A DNA stretch of 64,000 nucleotides from Eledone cirrhosa (taxonomy: Eukaryota): assembly GCA_964016885.1 (NCBI GenBank), contig OZ024757.1, positions 24,490,001-24,554,000 on the forward strand, given 5' to 3'. Shown here piece by piece: positions 40,671 through 54,558 of this stretch (position 1 is the first letter of the stretch; each line of letters starts with the position of its first letter). The notes below the pieces were generated by a model, which saw nothing but the letters and a program-made list of their open reading frames with translations, did no database searches and had not been told where the DNA came from. Made by a program: the position numbers and the translations under genes.

Positions 40671-40780
40671 CCATTGTTCTGGTTCAACAGGGACTGGACA
40701 TCATCATCCACAATGTCACATATCTGGTAGAACATCTGGCGGAAAGGTGGCAGGATGTGGGCTCGGAACTTGTAGGTGCT
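40667..40780 (-). CDS. GTF3C5: GTF3C5 internal exon E
   Basis: CCCAG| acceptor, CAG|GTAAGT donor, 114 nt, phase 0-0. STYKFRAHILPPFRQMFYQICDIVDDDVQSLLNQNNGQ vs recalled human SVYIFREGALPPYRQMFYQLCDLNVEELQKIIHRNDGA. Too short for the ORF track. Confidence 0.92.
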
Positions 40781-40784
40781 CTGG

Positions 40785-41345
40785 GTAGATAGATAGATAG
40801 ATAGATAGGTAGACAGGTAGGTAGGTAGATAGATAGCTAGACAGGTAGGTAGGTAGGTAGATGGAGAAGTAGATAGATAGGCAGGTAGGTAGGTAGGTAG
40901 ATAGAGAAGTAGATAGATAGGCAGGTAGGTAGGTAGGTAGATAGGTAGGTAGGTAAGTAGGTAGGTAGATAGATAGAGAACTAGATAGATAGGCAGGTAG
41001 GTAGGTAGGTAAGTAGGTAGGTAGATAGAGAACTAGATAGATAGGCAGGTAGGTAGGTAGGCAGGCAGGTAGATAGAGAAGTAGATAGATAGGCAGGTAG
41101 GTAGATAGAGAAGTAGATAGATAGGCAGGTAGGTAGGCAGGTAGGTAGATAGAGACGTAGATAGATAGGCAGGTAGGTAGATAGATAGAGAAGTAGATAG
41201 ATAGGCAGGTAGGTAGATAGAGAAATAGATAGATAGGCAGGTAGGTAGGCAGGTAAGTAGGTAGATAAAGAGAGAGGTTGAGAGGTAGATAGAGGGAGAG
41301 GTAATGAGGTAGATAGAGAGGACAAGTAGATAGACAGATAGATAC
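40785..41345. repeat. (GATA)n/(GGTA)n compound microsatellite forming the pyrimidine-rich acceptor region of exon E
   Basis: Direct reading. Confidence 0.85.
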
Positions 41346-42555
41346 ATATCAGAATCAGTTCCCATATGAGCAAGACAAGGTCAGCCGACCGGACACTGCC
41401 CACAACAGGACAACCCGTCTAACCCATGCTAGCATGGAGGAACGGACATAAAACGGTGATGATGATGATGACATATATATATATATACACAGTGAAATTC
41501 CATTATAATGAAATTCATAGATTTATGCACACACACACACAAATATATACATATACACATATATATATACATATACACATATATATATGCACACACACAC
41601 AAATATATACATATACACATATATATATATGCACACACACACAAATATATACATATACACATATATATATATGCACACATATATATATATATATGCACAT
41701 GCACACACACACAAATATATACATTTACACACACATATATATATACACACATATATATATGCACACACACACACAAATATATACATATACACTTATATAT
41801 ATATGCACACACACACACAAATATATACATATACACATATATATATACACACATATATATATGCACACACACACAAATATATACATATAGACATATATAT
41901 ATACACACATATATGCACACACACACACAAATATATACATATACACATATATATATACACACATATATATATATACACACATATATATGCACACACACAC
42001 ACACAAATATATACATATACACATATATATTAAGTACAAAAGCGAAACCTACAGTCAGTAGGCACCTCTAACAAAAATACACTCCCGTCCCACTACCCCC
42101 CCCCCCCCCCCCCCATCCACACCACCCCTTTCAATGTAAAGTTATGTTGGTACCACAACATCCAGGCCGAAACAAATGAGGTCATGTAGGTGTCACGACA
42201 AAAAAAACACGCAGTCCACGGTGTAATGTGGCTGTGTAGGTAACACGGTAAAAACCTCCTAGTCCACACTGTAAACGTGGTTGGTGTTAGGAAGGGCATC
42301 CAGCTGTAGAAAACCTGCCAGACAGTCCTATACGAGCAAGACAACCAATCTTGCCTCAAGTGGGAAAATTCCCGTCTAAACCCATGCTAGTGTGGAAGAT
42401 GGATGTTAAACGATGATGATGATGATGATGATGATATGCATACACATACAAATATATACATCATCATCATCATACATACATACATACATACATATATATA
42501 TATACTTATATACATATATATATATATGTGTGTACATATATACACTCAAATCTGC

Positions 42556-42599
<44 letters not shown>

Positions 42600-43044
42600 C
42601 ACACATATACACATGTATACACACACACATATCTACCTACACTCATGTATATGCGCACACACACACAAGCTACCTGTATAGTGACCTATGGGATCACACA
42701 GACACACACACATACACACACACAATCACACAGGTAGACACATGCATAAACACACACACACACATTCCATAAGTAGTTTCAAACCTATTTCTTTCATGAG
42801 TCATACATATATATATATATAATTGTGCACAAATCTATATACATATGTAAATATATAGCCCGTTCATACATATGCAAATATATGTGCATTGTTGAAGAGA
42901 GAGGTGTTGGGGGAGGGAGGAGGTAGTGGTAGAGGTTAAATGAATTAATATAAGACAAGTAGTGTGTAGCTGTCTCTCTCTCTCTCTCTCTTGTATTCAG
43001 ACAATCTATCTCTTTTTATGAATCTGTTCATATCTAGCTAGCTA

Positions 43045-44755
43045 TCACCCCAGCCAGTTTTATGAAAGGTGGGTGAAAGTTGCGAGAATGGCCCGTGTGA
43101 ATGGGCCTTCTCTCTACCTCAGCCTGTAGGTGGAAAAGGATGAAGGAAGAAGGGAGCACCCTCTCTTTGTGCTCCCGTAGAGAAGGGTCGCACATTTTTT
43201 TTCGGGGGTGTGTGTGACCCCAAAACGATCCCTCCCTATTGAGGACCTTTTTGTTATAATTTTATTTGTTATTACATTTTTTTTACTCGATTTCTATGTA
43301 ACCCCCCCGCCCATGTATGTGTCCCTTTCTTTGTGCCCTCGTGGCAAATAAATAGAAATTTATCTATCTATCTATCTGTCTGTCTAAGGTGGGTGAAAGT
43401 GGTGAGAATGGCCCGAGTAAATGGGCCTTCTCTCTATATCAGCCTGTAGGGTGAGGAAGAGAGGAAAGGAGTGCTCACTCTTGGTGCTCCTGGAGATGAG
43501 GGTTGCACATTTTCTTTCGGGGGAGTATGTGTCACCCAGAGTTAATGTCTCCCCCCTATTGGGGAAAATCGATTGTTTTTCTTTAATTTTCATCTGTGAT
43601 ATTGTTTTACACGTTTTTATTGAATGTAAACTTCCCCCATTGTACTTGTCCCCTTCTTTTGTGCCCTTGTGGCTAATAAAGAAATATATCTGTCTGTCTA
43701 TCTATCTATCAACCTATCTAACTGTCTGTCTGTCCATCAACATATCTAGCTATTTATCTGTTTCCCTATCTATGTCCCCTGTATATCTACCTACCTATCT
43801 TTGACTGCCGAGTCCATAGTGAGGATCAAACCGCCAGCCTTTTTCAAAAACGAAAGAGAAGCGGTTTTCCTCTGTACAGTGGCTATAGTGAAAGAGGTTA
43901 TATGGTGGACGAGATTGAGAGGACTGAAGACAGATGCCTTTCTCTCCGGACAACAACTCATTCCCTTCTTTAGGTACCACTTTAGAAGGAGAATCAGAGT
44001 AGAGAGAGAGGCACTGCACCCCAGTAAATTTACTGAAAGGTGGGTGAATGTGGCAAAAATGGCCCAAGTGATTGGGCCTTCTCTGTTTATAAGCCTGTAG
44101 GTTGAGGAAGAGAGCAAAAGGAAGAAGGGAGCACTTGCACAACACGCTCCTGAAATTGAGGGTTGTTCTATCGACGGGGTATTAAACAACCCGTTTGTGG
44201 CGCCTCCCCCCTATTGGGGATTTCGATTGTTATAATTGTTTGTTTCATATTTTTACACGATTGTATGTAAAATCCCCGGCATGTCTTTGGATTGTCCCCT
44301 TTTCTTGTGCGCCCTTGTGGCAAATAAAGAACTATATCTATCAACCTGTCTAACTCTATCTGTCCATCAACATATCTAGCTATTTATCTGTTTCCCTATC
44401 TACCTGCCTATCTATCTGTCCCCTTGTATGTCTACCTACCTATCTATCAACCCATCCATCTGTCTGTCTGTCCATCCATCAACCTATCCATCTATCTATC
44501 TGATATGTGTCCATTGTCATGATCACACCGCCACCCTCCTTCAAAAACGAAGGAGAGTCGGTTTTCCTATGTGTTATGGCTATGGTGGACGAGGTCAGAC
44601 ACCTTTCTCTCCGGTGAACAACTGATTCGTTTTTTTCAAATATCATTTTGGAAGAAGAATCAGGATGGAGAGAGAGGTGCTGTACCCCAGCATGTTTTAT
44701 AAAATGCGGGTGAATGTGGCAAAGATGCCCTTGTGGCTAATAAAGAAATTTATCT
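43045..44755 (+). mobile_element. Cluster of four co-oriented L1/Tx1-like 3' fragments in (TATC)n
   Basis: ORF 43801-44100 (AIVKEVIWWTR...FRRRIRVERE..FTERW); each copy ends near TGTGGC(A/T)AATAAAGAAAT followed by ATCT repeats. Confidence 0.6.
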
Positions 44756-44832
44756 GATATGTGCGTATGTATATATGTATACATACATATATGTATGTAT
44801 GTATGAAATGTATGTGCCTATCTATATCTCAT

Positions 44833-44868
<36 letters not shown>

Positions 44869-46037
44869 CTGCAGAAGATCCCCCTCCCCCTGTGTGCACA
44901 AAGGGAACTAGCTTGCAGCAATCCTTTGTCCCCCCCCCCCCAAAGTAATAATACCCCGATCACACTTAAATATCCTACATAGCTAATCAATGTCTAGCTT
45001 GCCACCCCAACCCCAACACATCTCACCTGCCCAGCTCATGAGGGCTAAACATCTGACCGCGCAGAATAGTGAATCATGATAAAAAGCACGAAACCATCCT
45101 GTAAGCTGATCTGGCATCACAACAAAAGCACCCAGCCCACACTGTAAAATGGTTGTGTTGTGTTGGTGTCACGATAAAAAAAACCAAGTCCACACTGTAA
45201 AGTGGTCGTGTTGGTTTCAAAATAAAAAGCACCCAGCCCACACTGCAAAGTGGCCATGCTGGTATCACGATAAAAAGCACCCAGCCCACACTGTAAAGTA
45301 GTCATGTTGGTGCCATGATAAAAAGCACCCAGACCACACTGTAAAGTGGTCATGTTGGTGCTATGATAAAAAGCACCTGGTCCACACTGTAAAGTAGTCA
45401 TGTTGGAGCCATGATAAAAAGCACCCGGCCCAAACTGTAAAGTAGTCATGTTGGTGCCATGATAAAAAGCACCCGGTCCACACTGTTAAGTGGTCGTGTT
45501 AGTGCCACGATAAAAAGCCCCCAGTCCAAACTGTAAATGTGCTTGGTGTTAGGAAGAGCATCCAGCTGTAAAAACCAAGCCAGAAACAGTTCAGTATGAG
45601 CAAGACAAGGTCATCTGACCTGACTTGACTTACAATGGGACAATATGTCTAATTCATGCTGGCATGGAAGAATGGAAGTTAAACAGTCATGATGACGATT
45701 TCCCTACTAGCAAGGGTTTGATGGGTTTACATAGACCAAGTCAGTACAGACCTCCCAGACAGACTGAGGGGTCTGCATCTCACTTATATAGGGTTATATG
45801 TTCTATTGAGTGAAGAGGAAAAGTTGTACCTTTTGACACAAACTGAAAGGTCCTCCAAACCCCTTGCTTGGCAAGCTTTATATCGTTGGATATCTTTCCT
45901 AACACCAATCACCTTACCCAATAATTAATAATAATAAAGCTGAAGTGTAAGTCAAATAATGTGTGGATTTTTATTGACAAAATTGGCAACATGACCACAC
46001 ACACACACATATATATATGTATATATATATATATATA

Positions 46038-46240
46038 TATATTTATTGTATAGAAGGAGCTTCTACAGGACTAGTACTGTTTCATTCAGATGAAATCTTC
46101 AGGAAGCTTCCTGAAGATTTCATCTGAATGAAACAGTACTAGTCCTGTCGAAGCTCCTTCTATACAATAAATATATTTTACTCTGCCATGTATTGAGTAC
46201 CTTACTTACTGTGGTTATCCCCGACTCAACCCGGGACCTA
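46038..46240. mobile_element. Loopless palindrome with hammerhead cores, family P3
   Basis: Arms 46038-46106/46107-46175 (one mismatch); CTGAAGA 46111, stem TTCA/TGAA, GAAAC-AGTACT-AGTC (GUC site 46142-46144); helix I imperfect; flanked by (TA)n. Confidence 0.7.
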
Positions 46241-46241
46241 C

Positions 46242-46291
<50 letters not shown>

Positions 46292-48388
46292 TCATCATAC
46301 TCATTTAATGTCTGCTTGCCCTGCTAGCAAAGGTTGGATGAGTCTACATGACAAAGTCAGAACTGAAACAGGGCTACTGACCTCCCTGACAGGCTGACGC
46401 GTCTGTATCCCACTTACATATTCTCATTTTATCTATCGAGTGCAGTTGTCAAGTCTTTTGACAAACAAAATATATTCATTCATCATCATTTCATTTTACG
46501 TCCACTTTTCCCTGCTTGCAAGAGTGGGACGGGAACTGATTCTGGCTTGATTTCTACAGCTGGATGCCCTTCCTAACACCAACCTCATTTACAGTGAGTG
46601 CTGGGTGCTTTTTTGCCATGGCACCTCCACGACCACTTTGCAGTGGAATGATAGGGATCCCAGTCCCTATCATCTCATTTCTACAGCTGAGTAAACTGGA
46701 GCAATGTGAAATAAACTGTATTGCTCAAGTAAACAACACATCACCTGTTATATATATATATATGACAATGTCACTGGACCGAGACCTTTGGCGGTACTCA
46801 GTAATAGAGAAGACCCGCCTTACCTAAATACATAGCAAAACCTACTACAGTCAGTAGGCATCTCTAAAATACACCCCCGTCCCACCACCCCACCCCATCC
46901 ACACCGCCCCCTTCTATGTAAAGTTATGTTGGTGCCACACCATCCAGGCCGAAACAAATGAGATTGTGTAGGTGTCACGACAAAAAAACACACAGTCCAC
47001 GCTGTAATGTGGCCGTATAGGCAACACGGTAAAAACCTCCCAGACCCACACTGTAAATGTGGTTGGTGTTAGGAAGGGCATCCAACTGTAGAAAACCTGC
47101 CAGACAGTCCTATGCGAGCAAGACAATCACTCTTGCCTCAAGTGGGAAAACCCCCGTCCAAACCCATGCAAGCGTAGAACACGGACGTTAAACGTTGATG
47201 ATGATGATGATATAATGGACTAATATCGATTTATATTCGATATCTCAATATTTATGTCCTTTCTTACTGTGCAATATTTGAAACAACTTGTCAGTCATTA
47301 AATATATAAATCATCATCATCATCACCGTTTTACATCCGTTCTTCAACGCTAACACGGGTTGTCCTGTTGTGGGCAGTGTCCGGTTGACTGACCTTGTCT
47401 TGCTCATACAGGAACTGATTCTGGCTTGATTTCTACAACTGGATGCCCTTCTTAACACCAACTTAATTTACAGTGAGTGCTGGGTGCTTTTTTTTTCATG
47501 GCAGCTACACATCCACTTTACAGTGTGGGTGCTTTTATGCCATAACACTTCCACGACCACTTTGCAGTGGGAGGGGGTGGGGGCATAGTGTCTATATGCT
47601 TCAGCTTCGGCTTGTACCCGTGGGAAGTCTACATTGTGGACTGGGAGCCTCTTTACCGTGTCTTCCACACGACCACTTTACAGTGTGGACTGGGTGCTTT
47701 TTCTTGTCTCACCGACACAGTGGACGAAAATGGGAGGATGGGGTAGGGTGTGTAGGGTGGGGTATATATTGGGTTAAGAGGTGCCTACTGACTGTAGGTT
47801 TGTATGTATTGTGTTAAGGTATCATCATCATTTATCATTTCATTTTACGTTCACTTTTCCCTGCTTGCATTGCAAGGGTGGGACGGGAACTGATTCTCGC
47901 TTGATTTCTACAGCTGGATGCCCTTCCTAACACCAACCTCATTTACAGTGAGTGGTGGGTGCTTTTTTTGCCATGGCACCTCCAAGACCACTTTACAGTG
48001 GAATGATTGGGACCCCAGTCCCTATCATCTCATTTCTACAGCTGAGTAAACTGGAGCAATGTGAAATAAAGTGTCTTGCTCAAGGAAACAACACATCACC
48101 CGGTCTGAGAATTGAACTCACAACCTTTCCATTGCAAGCCCAATGCTCTAACCACTAAGCCATGCGCCTTCACATGTATTCATAAATCTTTGTTCTCTCC
48201 AGCATTTTAAATATGATTTTTACTCTGCTTATTATATGATTGTTAAGCTATCTCTCTTTCCATCTAATCACATGACTCGCTAGTCTAACAACCTAATATA
48301 CATTGAGCGCAGTAACCTTCTCTATACTGGCTAGTAAGCTGCATAACTAATCACTTTTCTCTCCTACTAATTAGCTTACTTGCTTTTA

Positions 48389-48419
<31 letters not shown>

Positions 48420-49473
48420 CATCACTGTTTTACGTCCGTTCTTCCACGCTAGCATGGGTTAGACAGGTTGTCCTGTTGTGAGAAGTGTCCGGTCGGCTGA
48501 CCTTGTCTTGCTCATACGGGAACTGATTCTGGCTTGATTTCTACAGCTGGATGCCCTTCCTAACACCAACCTCATTTACAGTGAGTGCTGGGTGCTTTTT
48601 TTTCCGTGGCGCTTACACGTCCACTTTACAGTGTGGGCTGGGTGCTTTTTTGCCGTGGCACCTCCACGATCACTTTGCATGCAGTGGGAGGGTGTGGGGG
48701 CATACTGTCTATATGCTTCAGCTTCGGCTTGTACCCATGGGGGGGGGGGTATTCTGTATTACTGCATGACGCCAGAGGTTACAGTCGTGTGTCATCATTT
48801 GAGAGGTGTAATTGGGTAAGGTCAGCTTTTATCACCTCATCCCAGGTTTTCTTGGGTCTCCCCACTGCATCCTTCAAAGCTTCCATGCTTCCCAAAATTC
48901 GCCAACACTACACCTGATATTCCCCCTCAACACACACACACAAACACACACACACACGCACGCATATGTCTGTGTTTATATCATGACTCATACTCTGTTC
49001 ACTTTCCTGACATTTGTACATTATTCTATGTACAATACATGCACCTTTAATGAGTTGTAATGCACCCGAACACAGTGCACAATAATTTTCATTATTATTA
49101 TTATTATCACCATTTCATGTCTATTTTCCATATTTGCATGGGTTATACAGGTTCTCATGTACTGTGGCTAGACAGACAGGTCAGACAACTGTGCCTTGCT
49201 CATACATACCATTTTTGCATACTTTCTATGGCTGGATGACCTTCCTAATGCCAACCATATCACAGCATATACAGAGTTTTCACATGGCACCAAAACTAGC
49301 TGCTATATTTAACATCAGTATTTAATGTCTGTTTTCCCTGCTAACAAAGGTTGGACAAATATATGTATATATGTATATATATGTATATATGTCTTATATG
49401 CATATGTACATTTGCATATGCATGCCCAACTCATTAGACAAAAGTCTGCATTGAAAGTGTTAACTTTAAGATA

Positions 49474-49547
<74 letters not shown>

Positions 49548-49739
49548 TGTGAGAGAGATGGAGAGAAGGGGAGAGAGAGAGAGAGGGGAGGAGAGAGAGA
49601 GGAAGAGGGATAGAGAGAGATGTAAAATCCCGACAGCGGTGCTAAGTGGTTTCGGCTCGTGTGTTTTGCTTGGCGCTGCTGTCAGGATTTTACACATCTC
49701 TACACCTCCCCATGCATTGAGTACTCCCACCTCCCATGA

Positions 49740-50690
49740 TTAGTGGTCTCCAATTTTGGAGAGAAACTCATGGTGACAGGGCGCATTCTTGTCGTGAAGA
49801 ATCTAAGTCTTTGTGCTCTATAGATCTGATCACTTTCGCCAAAAAGTCTCCCTGAAACACCTCAAAACGTTACAGTAGAATTCTCAATTGATGGTCTAGC
49901 GCAAGGGGACGAATTCTTGATGAACAGTACCATGGATGTCGAAAGAAACGATGAGCATGCTCTTGATTGAGCTGCGGTTCTGTCATGCCTTCTTCAGTCA
50001 TGGAGATGAAGGACTTTTCCACTGTGTTGACTGCTGCTTCACCTCAACGTCGTACCCATAGACCCAATTCTCATCACCGGAGATGATCCTTGACATGAAG
50101 GATAGGTCATCAGCGACATATTTATAGAGATCTGAAAAGACTTTGATGGGATGTTCTTTCTGCTCGGTGGTCAGCAGGCAAGGGATAAACGTTGCAGTGA
50201 CACACTGCATGTTTAATTCAGACATTAGGATTGCCACAGACCCATACAACAGACCAGCAACATCAGCAATATTGTTGATCGTCCACCAACGATCCTCATG
50301 AACAAGCTGATTAATATTCTCTACATTTCTGGGGATGACACTCTTCCAGATCGCTCGTCATTGTTCAAGGACATTCTTCCATTTTTGAAGCGCCCATGCC
50401 ACTCAGACATTGAGCATGCTTACCAAAGCATGCTCAATGTCTGTGTAGCAGACTTCCCAAGTTGAACACAAAATTTCACATTGGCTCTTCGTTCCAACTT
50501 CCTGTTCATGACAAAATCACAGGCTACAGCATACACATGATCACAAAAACATAAATTTCACAACTTGTGAAGTGAACACAGTAATGTCACTTGGCATACT
50601 GGTGCATGAAGCTCACTGCTGGTGCAACTGTGTGTTGCCATCTGTTGGTGTGCTACAGAACTAGTGTGGAAACTTTTTGATACCACCTCA
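49740..50690 (-). pseudogene. Decayed mariner transposon
   Basis: RIISGDENWVYGYDVEVKQQSTQW motif; HDKNAPCH second-D region; TIR-like TATGTGAGGTGGTATCAAAAAGTT. Confidence 0.8.
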
Positions 50691-51419
50691 CATATATATA
50701 TATATATATATTTTTTCATTTTATATCCGCTTTTCCCTGCTTGCAAGGGTGGGACAGGAACTGATTCTCGCTTGATTTCTACAGCTGGATGCCCTTCCTA
50801 ACACCAACCTCATTTACAGTGAGTGCTGGGTGCCTTTTTGCCGTGGCACCTCCACGACCACTTTGCAGTGGAATGATAGGGACCCCGGTCCCTATCATCT
50901 CATTTCTACAGCTGAGTAAACTGGAGCAATGTGAAATAAAGTGTCTTGCTCAAGGAAACAACACATCGCCCGGCCTGAGAATTGAACTCACAACCTTTTG
51001 ATTGCAAGGCCAATGCTCTAGCCACTAAGCCACTGATGTGAATGGAAATTGAACAGTGGGTGAAGAAGTGCCAGGAAATGCCAGTGGAAGGAAGCCACGG
51101 TAGAGGTAGACCAAGAAAGACCTGGGCAGAGGTTGTGAGAGCTGACCTCAAATCACTGAGACTTACAGTGGTGATGACAAAAGGATTGTGATGTGTGGAG
51201 AGATGCCGTGCTGAGAAGGACCCGTCCAACCCATGCAACCATGGAAAAGCGGATGTAAAACCGATGATGATGCTCATACATACATACATATATATTTGCT
51301 CCAGACTGTTTATGGATTAACTTGTACGAGCCGAGCACAGAAGAAAGGAGGTGAGAGACAGAGGTGTGAGAGGGGGGAGGCATTAGAACATTCAACGCTG
51401 GTTGAGAAAATTCACAATC

Positions 51420-51888
51420 TTCTGGACGAAGACCATTGTGCGTTTTTAAAGACAATAAGAATATAGTTTGGAGTTGGTGTGGCAACTCTATACAGAATTA
51501 TTTATGAAGATCTGAGCATGCCCAAAGTTTGTTCCTAGGGTGTCCAGTGACAATCAGAAGGAAGGACAGAGATGTGTACCAAAACTGTCTGCACAACCTC
51601 TCTACTGTCCACACCTTGTCCTCTGTGACATTTGGTTGTTTCCCAAGCTGAAGGAGAATCTCAGGGGCAATCATTTTGAAAACATTAAGAATGCAAAGGA
51701 GGCTGTGACAAGGGCCCTGGACACCTTCACTTTGAACGACTTCCAAGAGTCCTTCATGAAGTGGTTGGAGCACTACAAGTGCAGTGAAGTCAGAGGATCC
51801 TACTTTAAAAGAGCAAGTCTTGTACTTCTTTGAAATTAATAAATGTTTTCCCTGAAGAAGTCTCAAAACTTCCTCACTGCACCTTGTA
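51420..51888 (+). pseudogene. Decayed mariner fragment
   Basis: QPLYCPHLVLCDIWLFPKLKENLRG (YSPDLAPxD-like) ... WLEHYKCSEVRGSYF. Confidence 0.75.
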
Positions 51889-52811
51889 TATCTATCAATC
51901 CATCTTTCTATTGGTCAGTCTGACCAATTATACCAGTGAAACCTCACTGTTACTGCCCACATAATGAAAAGAAAGAAACAAAGATAATTGCTAATTAAAC
52001 TAATTAGTGAAGAATGTTAGTGGGAAGTGAGTGGTCAATGACCAGTGGAATCCTTTAAGTCCTGCCTTGACACAGAGGGAGGGAAGTTACACACACATAT
52101 ACATACACACACATATATATACACACACATATATAAATACACTCACACATATATATACACACACATATATATACACACATGTATAAAAAGACACACACAT
52201 ATATATACACACATGTATAAAAAGACACATATATATACACACATATATATATATATACACACACGTAAAACACACACGCACATATATATATATACACACA
52301 CATATAAACACACTCACACATATATATACACACACACATCTGTATATACACATACACACACACACATATGCATACATAGGTACATGCACACACAAACAAC
52401 TATATATAGACGGGGGGACAGACAGAAATACAGATATACAGAGAGAGGGGAGGGGAGGGAGATAGAAATACAGAGAGAGGGGAGGGGAGGGAGATAGAAA
52501 TACAGAGAGAGGGATATACAGAGAGAGGGAGGTACAGAGAGAGAGAGGTACAGAGAGAGAGAGATACAGAGAGAGAGAGAGAGAGATTCAGAAAGAGGGA
52601 GTTACAGAGAGAGAGAGAGAGAGAGGTATAGATAGAGAGAGAAATATAGAGATAGGGAGATACAGAGAGAGAGAGAAAGAGAGAGGGAGATACAGAGAGA
52701 GAGATATATATATAGAGAGAGATAGAGATAGATAGAGAGAGATACAGAGAGAGAGAAGTATAGATAGATAGGGAGATATAGAGAGAGAGATACATAAAAT
52801 GGTAGCCAAAC

Positions 52812-52981
52812 CTCAGCTTCTTCTTTGGTACGAGTTGTAGTTTCTCTGTGGTCTTTCCCTGGTAACAGTCCTGACCGGTTGATGGTAGCAACTTGACCAG
52901 TCTGTTTAGAGATGACCGTTGGTAGTTTATAACTGAAGGTGCTACGTTTGGCCTTGATGTCCAGCCCACCACTGCCACTTC
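52812..52981 (-). CDS. GTF3C5: GTF3C5 internal exon D
   Basis: TTGCAG| acceptor, GAG|GTTTGG donor, 170 nt, phase 1-0. LDIKAKRSTFSYKLPTVISK vs recalled human LPVKAKRSTYNYSLPITVKK. Confidence 0.9.
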
Positions 52982-53164
52982 CTGCAATGGACAGGACACA
53001 CAGACAGACATTTAACATGATCAGATTGGGACAGACATGTCTAACCACGGCACCCAGTTCTTAACACCACGGCATGTCTCCTCCCGTGCCCCTCCGCGTG
53101 CCTTTATATATTGACGGCACCTACACTCACCTGCTTCAACGCATTCAGAACATAAGCTGGCGAC

Positions 53165-53562
53165 ATCTGACTTTGAGAGAGATATATGCCGACCCCCCCA
53201 CGCATATCTGTCGTACGTAAAGAGAGAGTAAGATTTGCTGGCCACTGCCCTCGCACCACCTATGAGGCTGTGTCCCCTTTAGTGCTTTGGAAACCACAAG
53301 CAGTCACTAATAACAGGGGGCGCAAGCTCTCCTATCCCGATTTACTGGCCACTGCCCTCGTACCACCTATGAGGCTGTGTCTCCATTAGTGCTTTGGAAA
53401 CCATAAATAATCACTAATAACAGGGGCCACAAGCTCTCCTATCCCGATATCATCTCCAGAGATTCTGGTATTGAAATCCAGGACTTGGCAATGGCAATGA
53501 ATGACAGACCCATGTGGAAATCAATTGTTGAGTCCATTTTGGCTGAGGTCGCTGGATGATAT
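53165..53562 (+). mobile_element. RTE/RTEX-like LINE 3' fragment with internal duplication
   Basis: RVRFAGHC.R...SPLVLWKP...RGRKLSYPD (duplicated) ...AMNDRPMWK. Confidence 0.65.
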
Positions 53563-53589
53563 TTAGACCAAGTCTCCATTCTAAGGATA

Positions 53590-54300
53590 ACTTTCTCCCT
53601 CCCTCCCACCAATCACAGAGACCCTGAAAAAGTTGTGAGTACTGCCCCTCTCCACACTAGTCTCAGAAGCCCAGAAAAGGCCATGGGGACTGTCTTACCC
53701 TTAACCCAAACTAGTCTCAGAGGCACTGAAAAAGCCCATGACCATTGTCCGTTCTTCTCATCAGTTTCAGGGACCCTAAAAAGTGTCATGGGTACTTCCC
53801 CACCCTCAACTCATTCTCAGTGACCCCTAGAAAAAAAGAGAGATGGTCGCTGTCCCTCCCTCTCACTAGACTCAGAGACCTTGAAACGGCTATGAGCACT
53901 GCCCCACCACCACTCCACTATTCTCAGACGTCCTAAAAAAGGAATGGGCACTGTCCCTCCCCCACTAGTCTCAGAGGCTATGAAAAAGGCCATGGGTAGA
54001 GCCTCACCCTCACACGAGTCTCAGTGATCCTAGAAAAACGCAATGGGAACTACCCTCCTTCACATTAGTCTCAGAGGCTCTGCAAAGGTCATGAGAACTT
54101 CCCTTCCTCCCATCAATCTCAGTGACCCTTAGAAAAAAAAGTGTTATGGCCACTGTCCCTCCCTCCCACCAGTATGAGACCTCGAAAAGAGTTATGAGCA
54201 CTGCTCCACCTTCACACCAGTCCCAGAGGGGCTGAAAAAGGTTGTGTACTTCCCTTACTTCCCACCAGTTTCGGTGACCCCCTAAAAAAAAAAAGGGGGC
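53590..54300. repeat. Diverged minisatellite, about 55-60-bp period
   Basis: Recurrent CTAGTCTCAGAG...AAAAAGGCCATG. Confidence 0.6.
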
Positions 54301-54350
54301 ATGTGGAGGGCCCTTCCCTCCTTCATTAAAACCATAAATCCGATACTCAC

Positions 54351-54558
54351 GCTGCCGAACTCTAAAGTCAACAATTTGGTATTTCTTTGCTGCTGGGTCT
54401 TTGCGTGGGTCATAGCCAAACCGAACCCACAAGCTGCGCCATGGCCCTGTGATGAAGTAGTAGGCAATGAGGGGGAGCACATACTTCAAGGTGTCACGGC
54501 GGCAGTCGGTGGCCCCACAGATTCCATTCCTTGACCAAATTGGTTTCTCGTTGAACAA
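54351..54558 (-). CDS. GTF3C5: GTF3C5 internal exon C (Tau95 domain core)
   Basis: GACAG| acceptor, C|GTGAGT donor, 208 nt, phase 0-1. LFNEKPIWSRN...LPLIAYYFITGPWRSLWVRFGYDPRKDP...YQIVDFR is diagnostic of TFIIIC63/Tau95. Confidence 0.96.

Noticed and set aside
54010-54350. ORF extension beyond GTF3C5 exon C (likewise flanks of the other exon-containing ORFs)
   Set aside because: Homology stops at the GT donor; the remainder is intronic repeat
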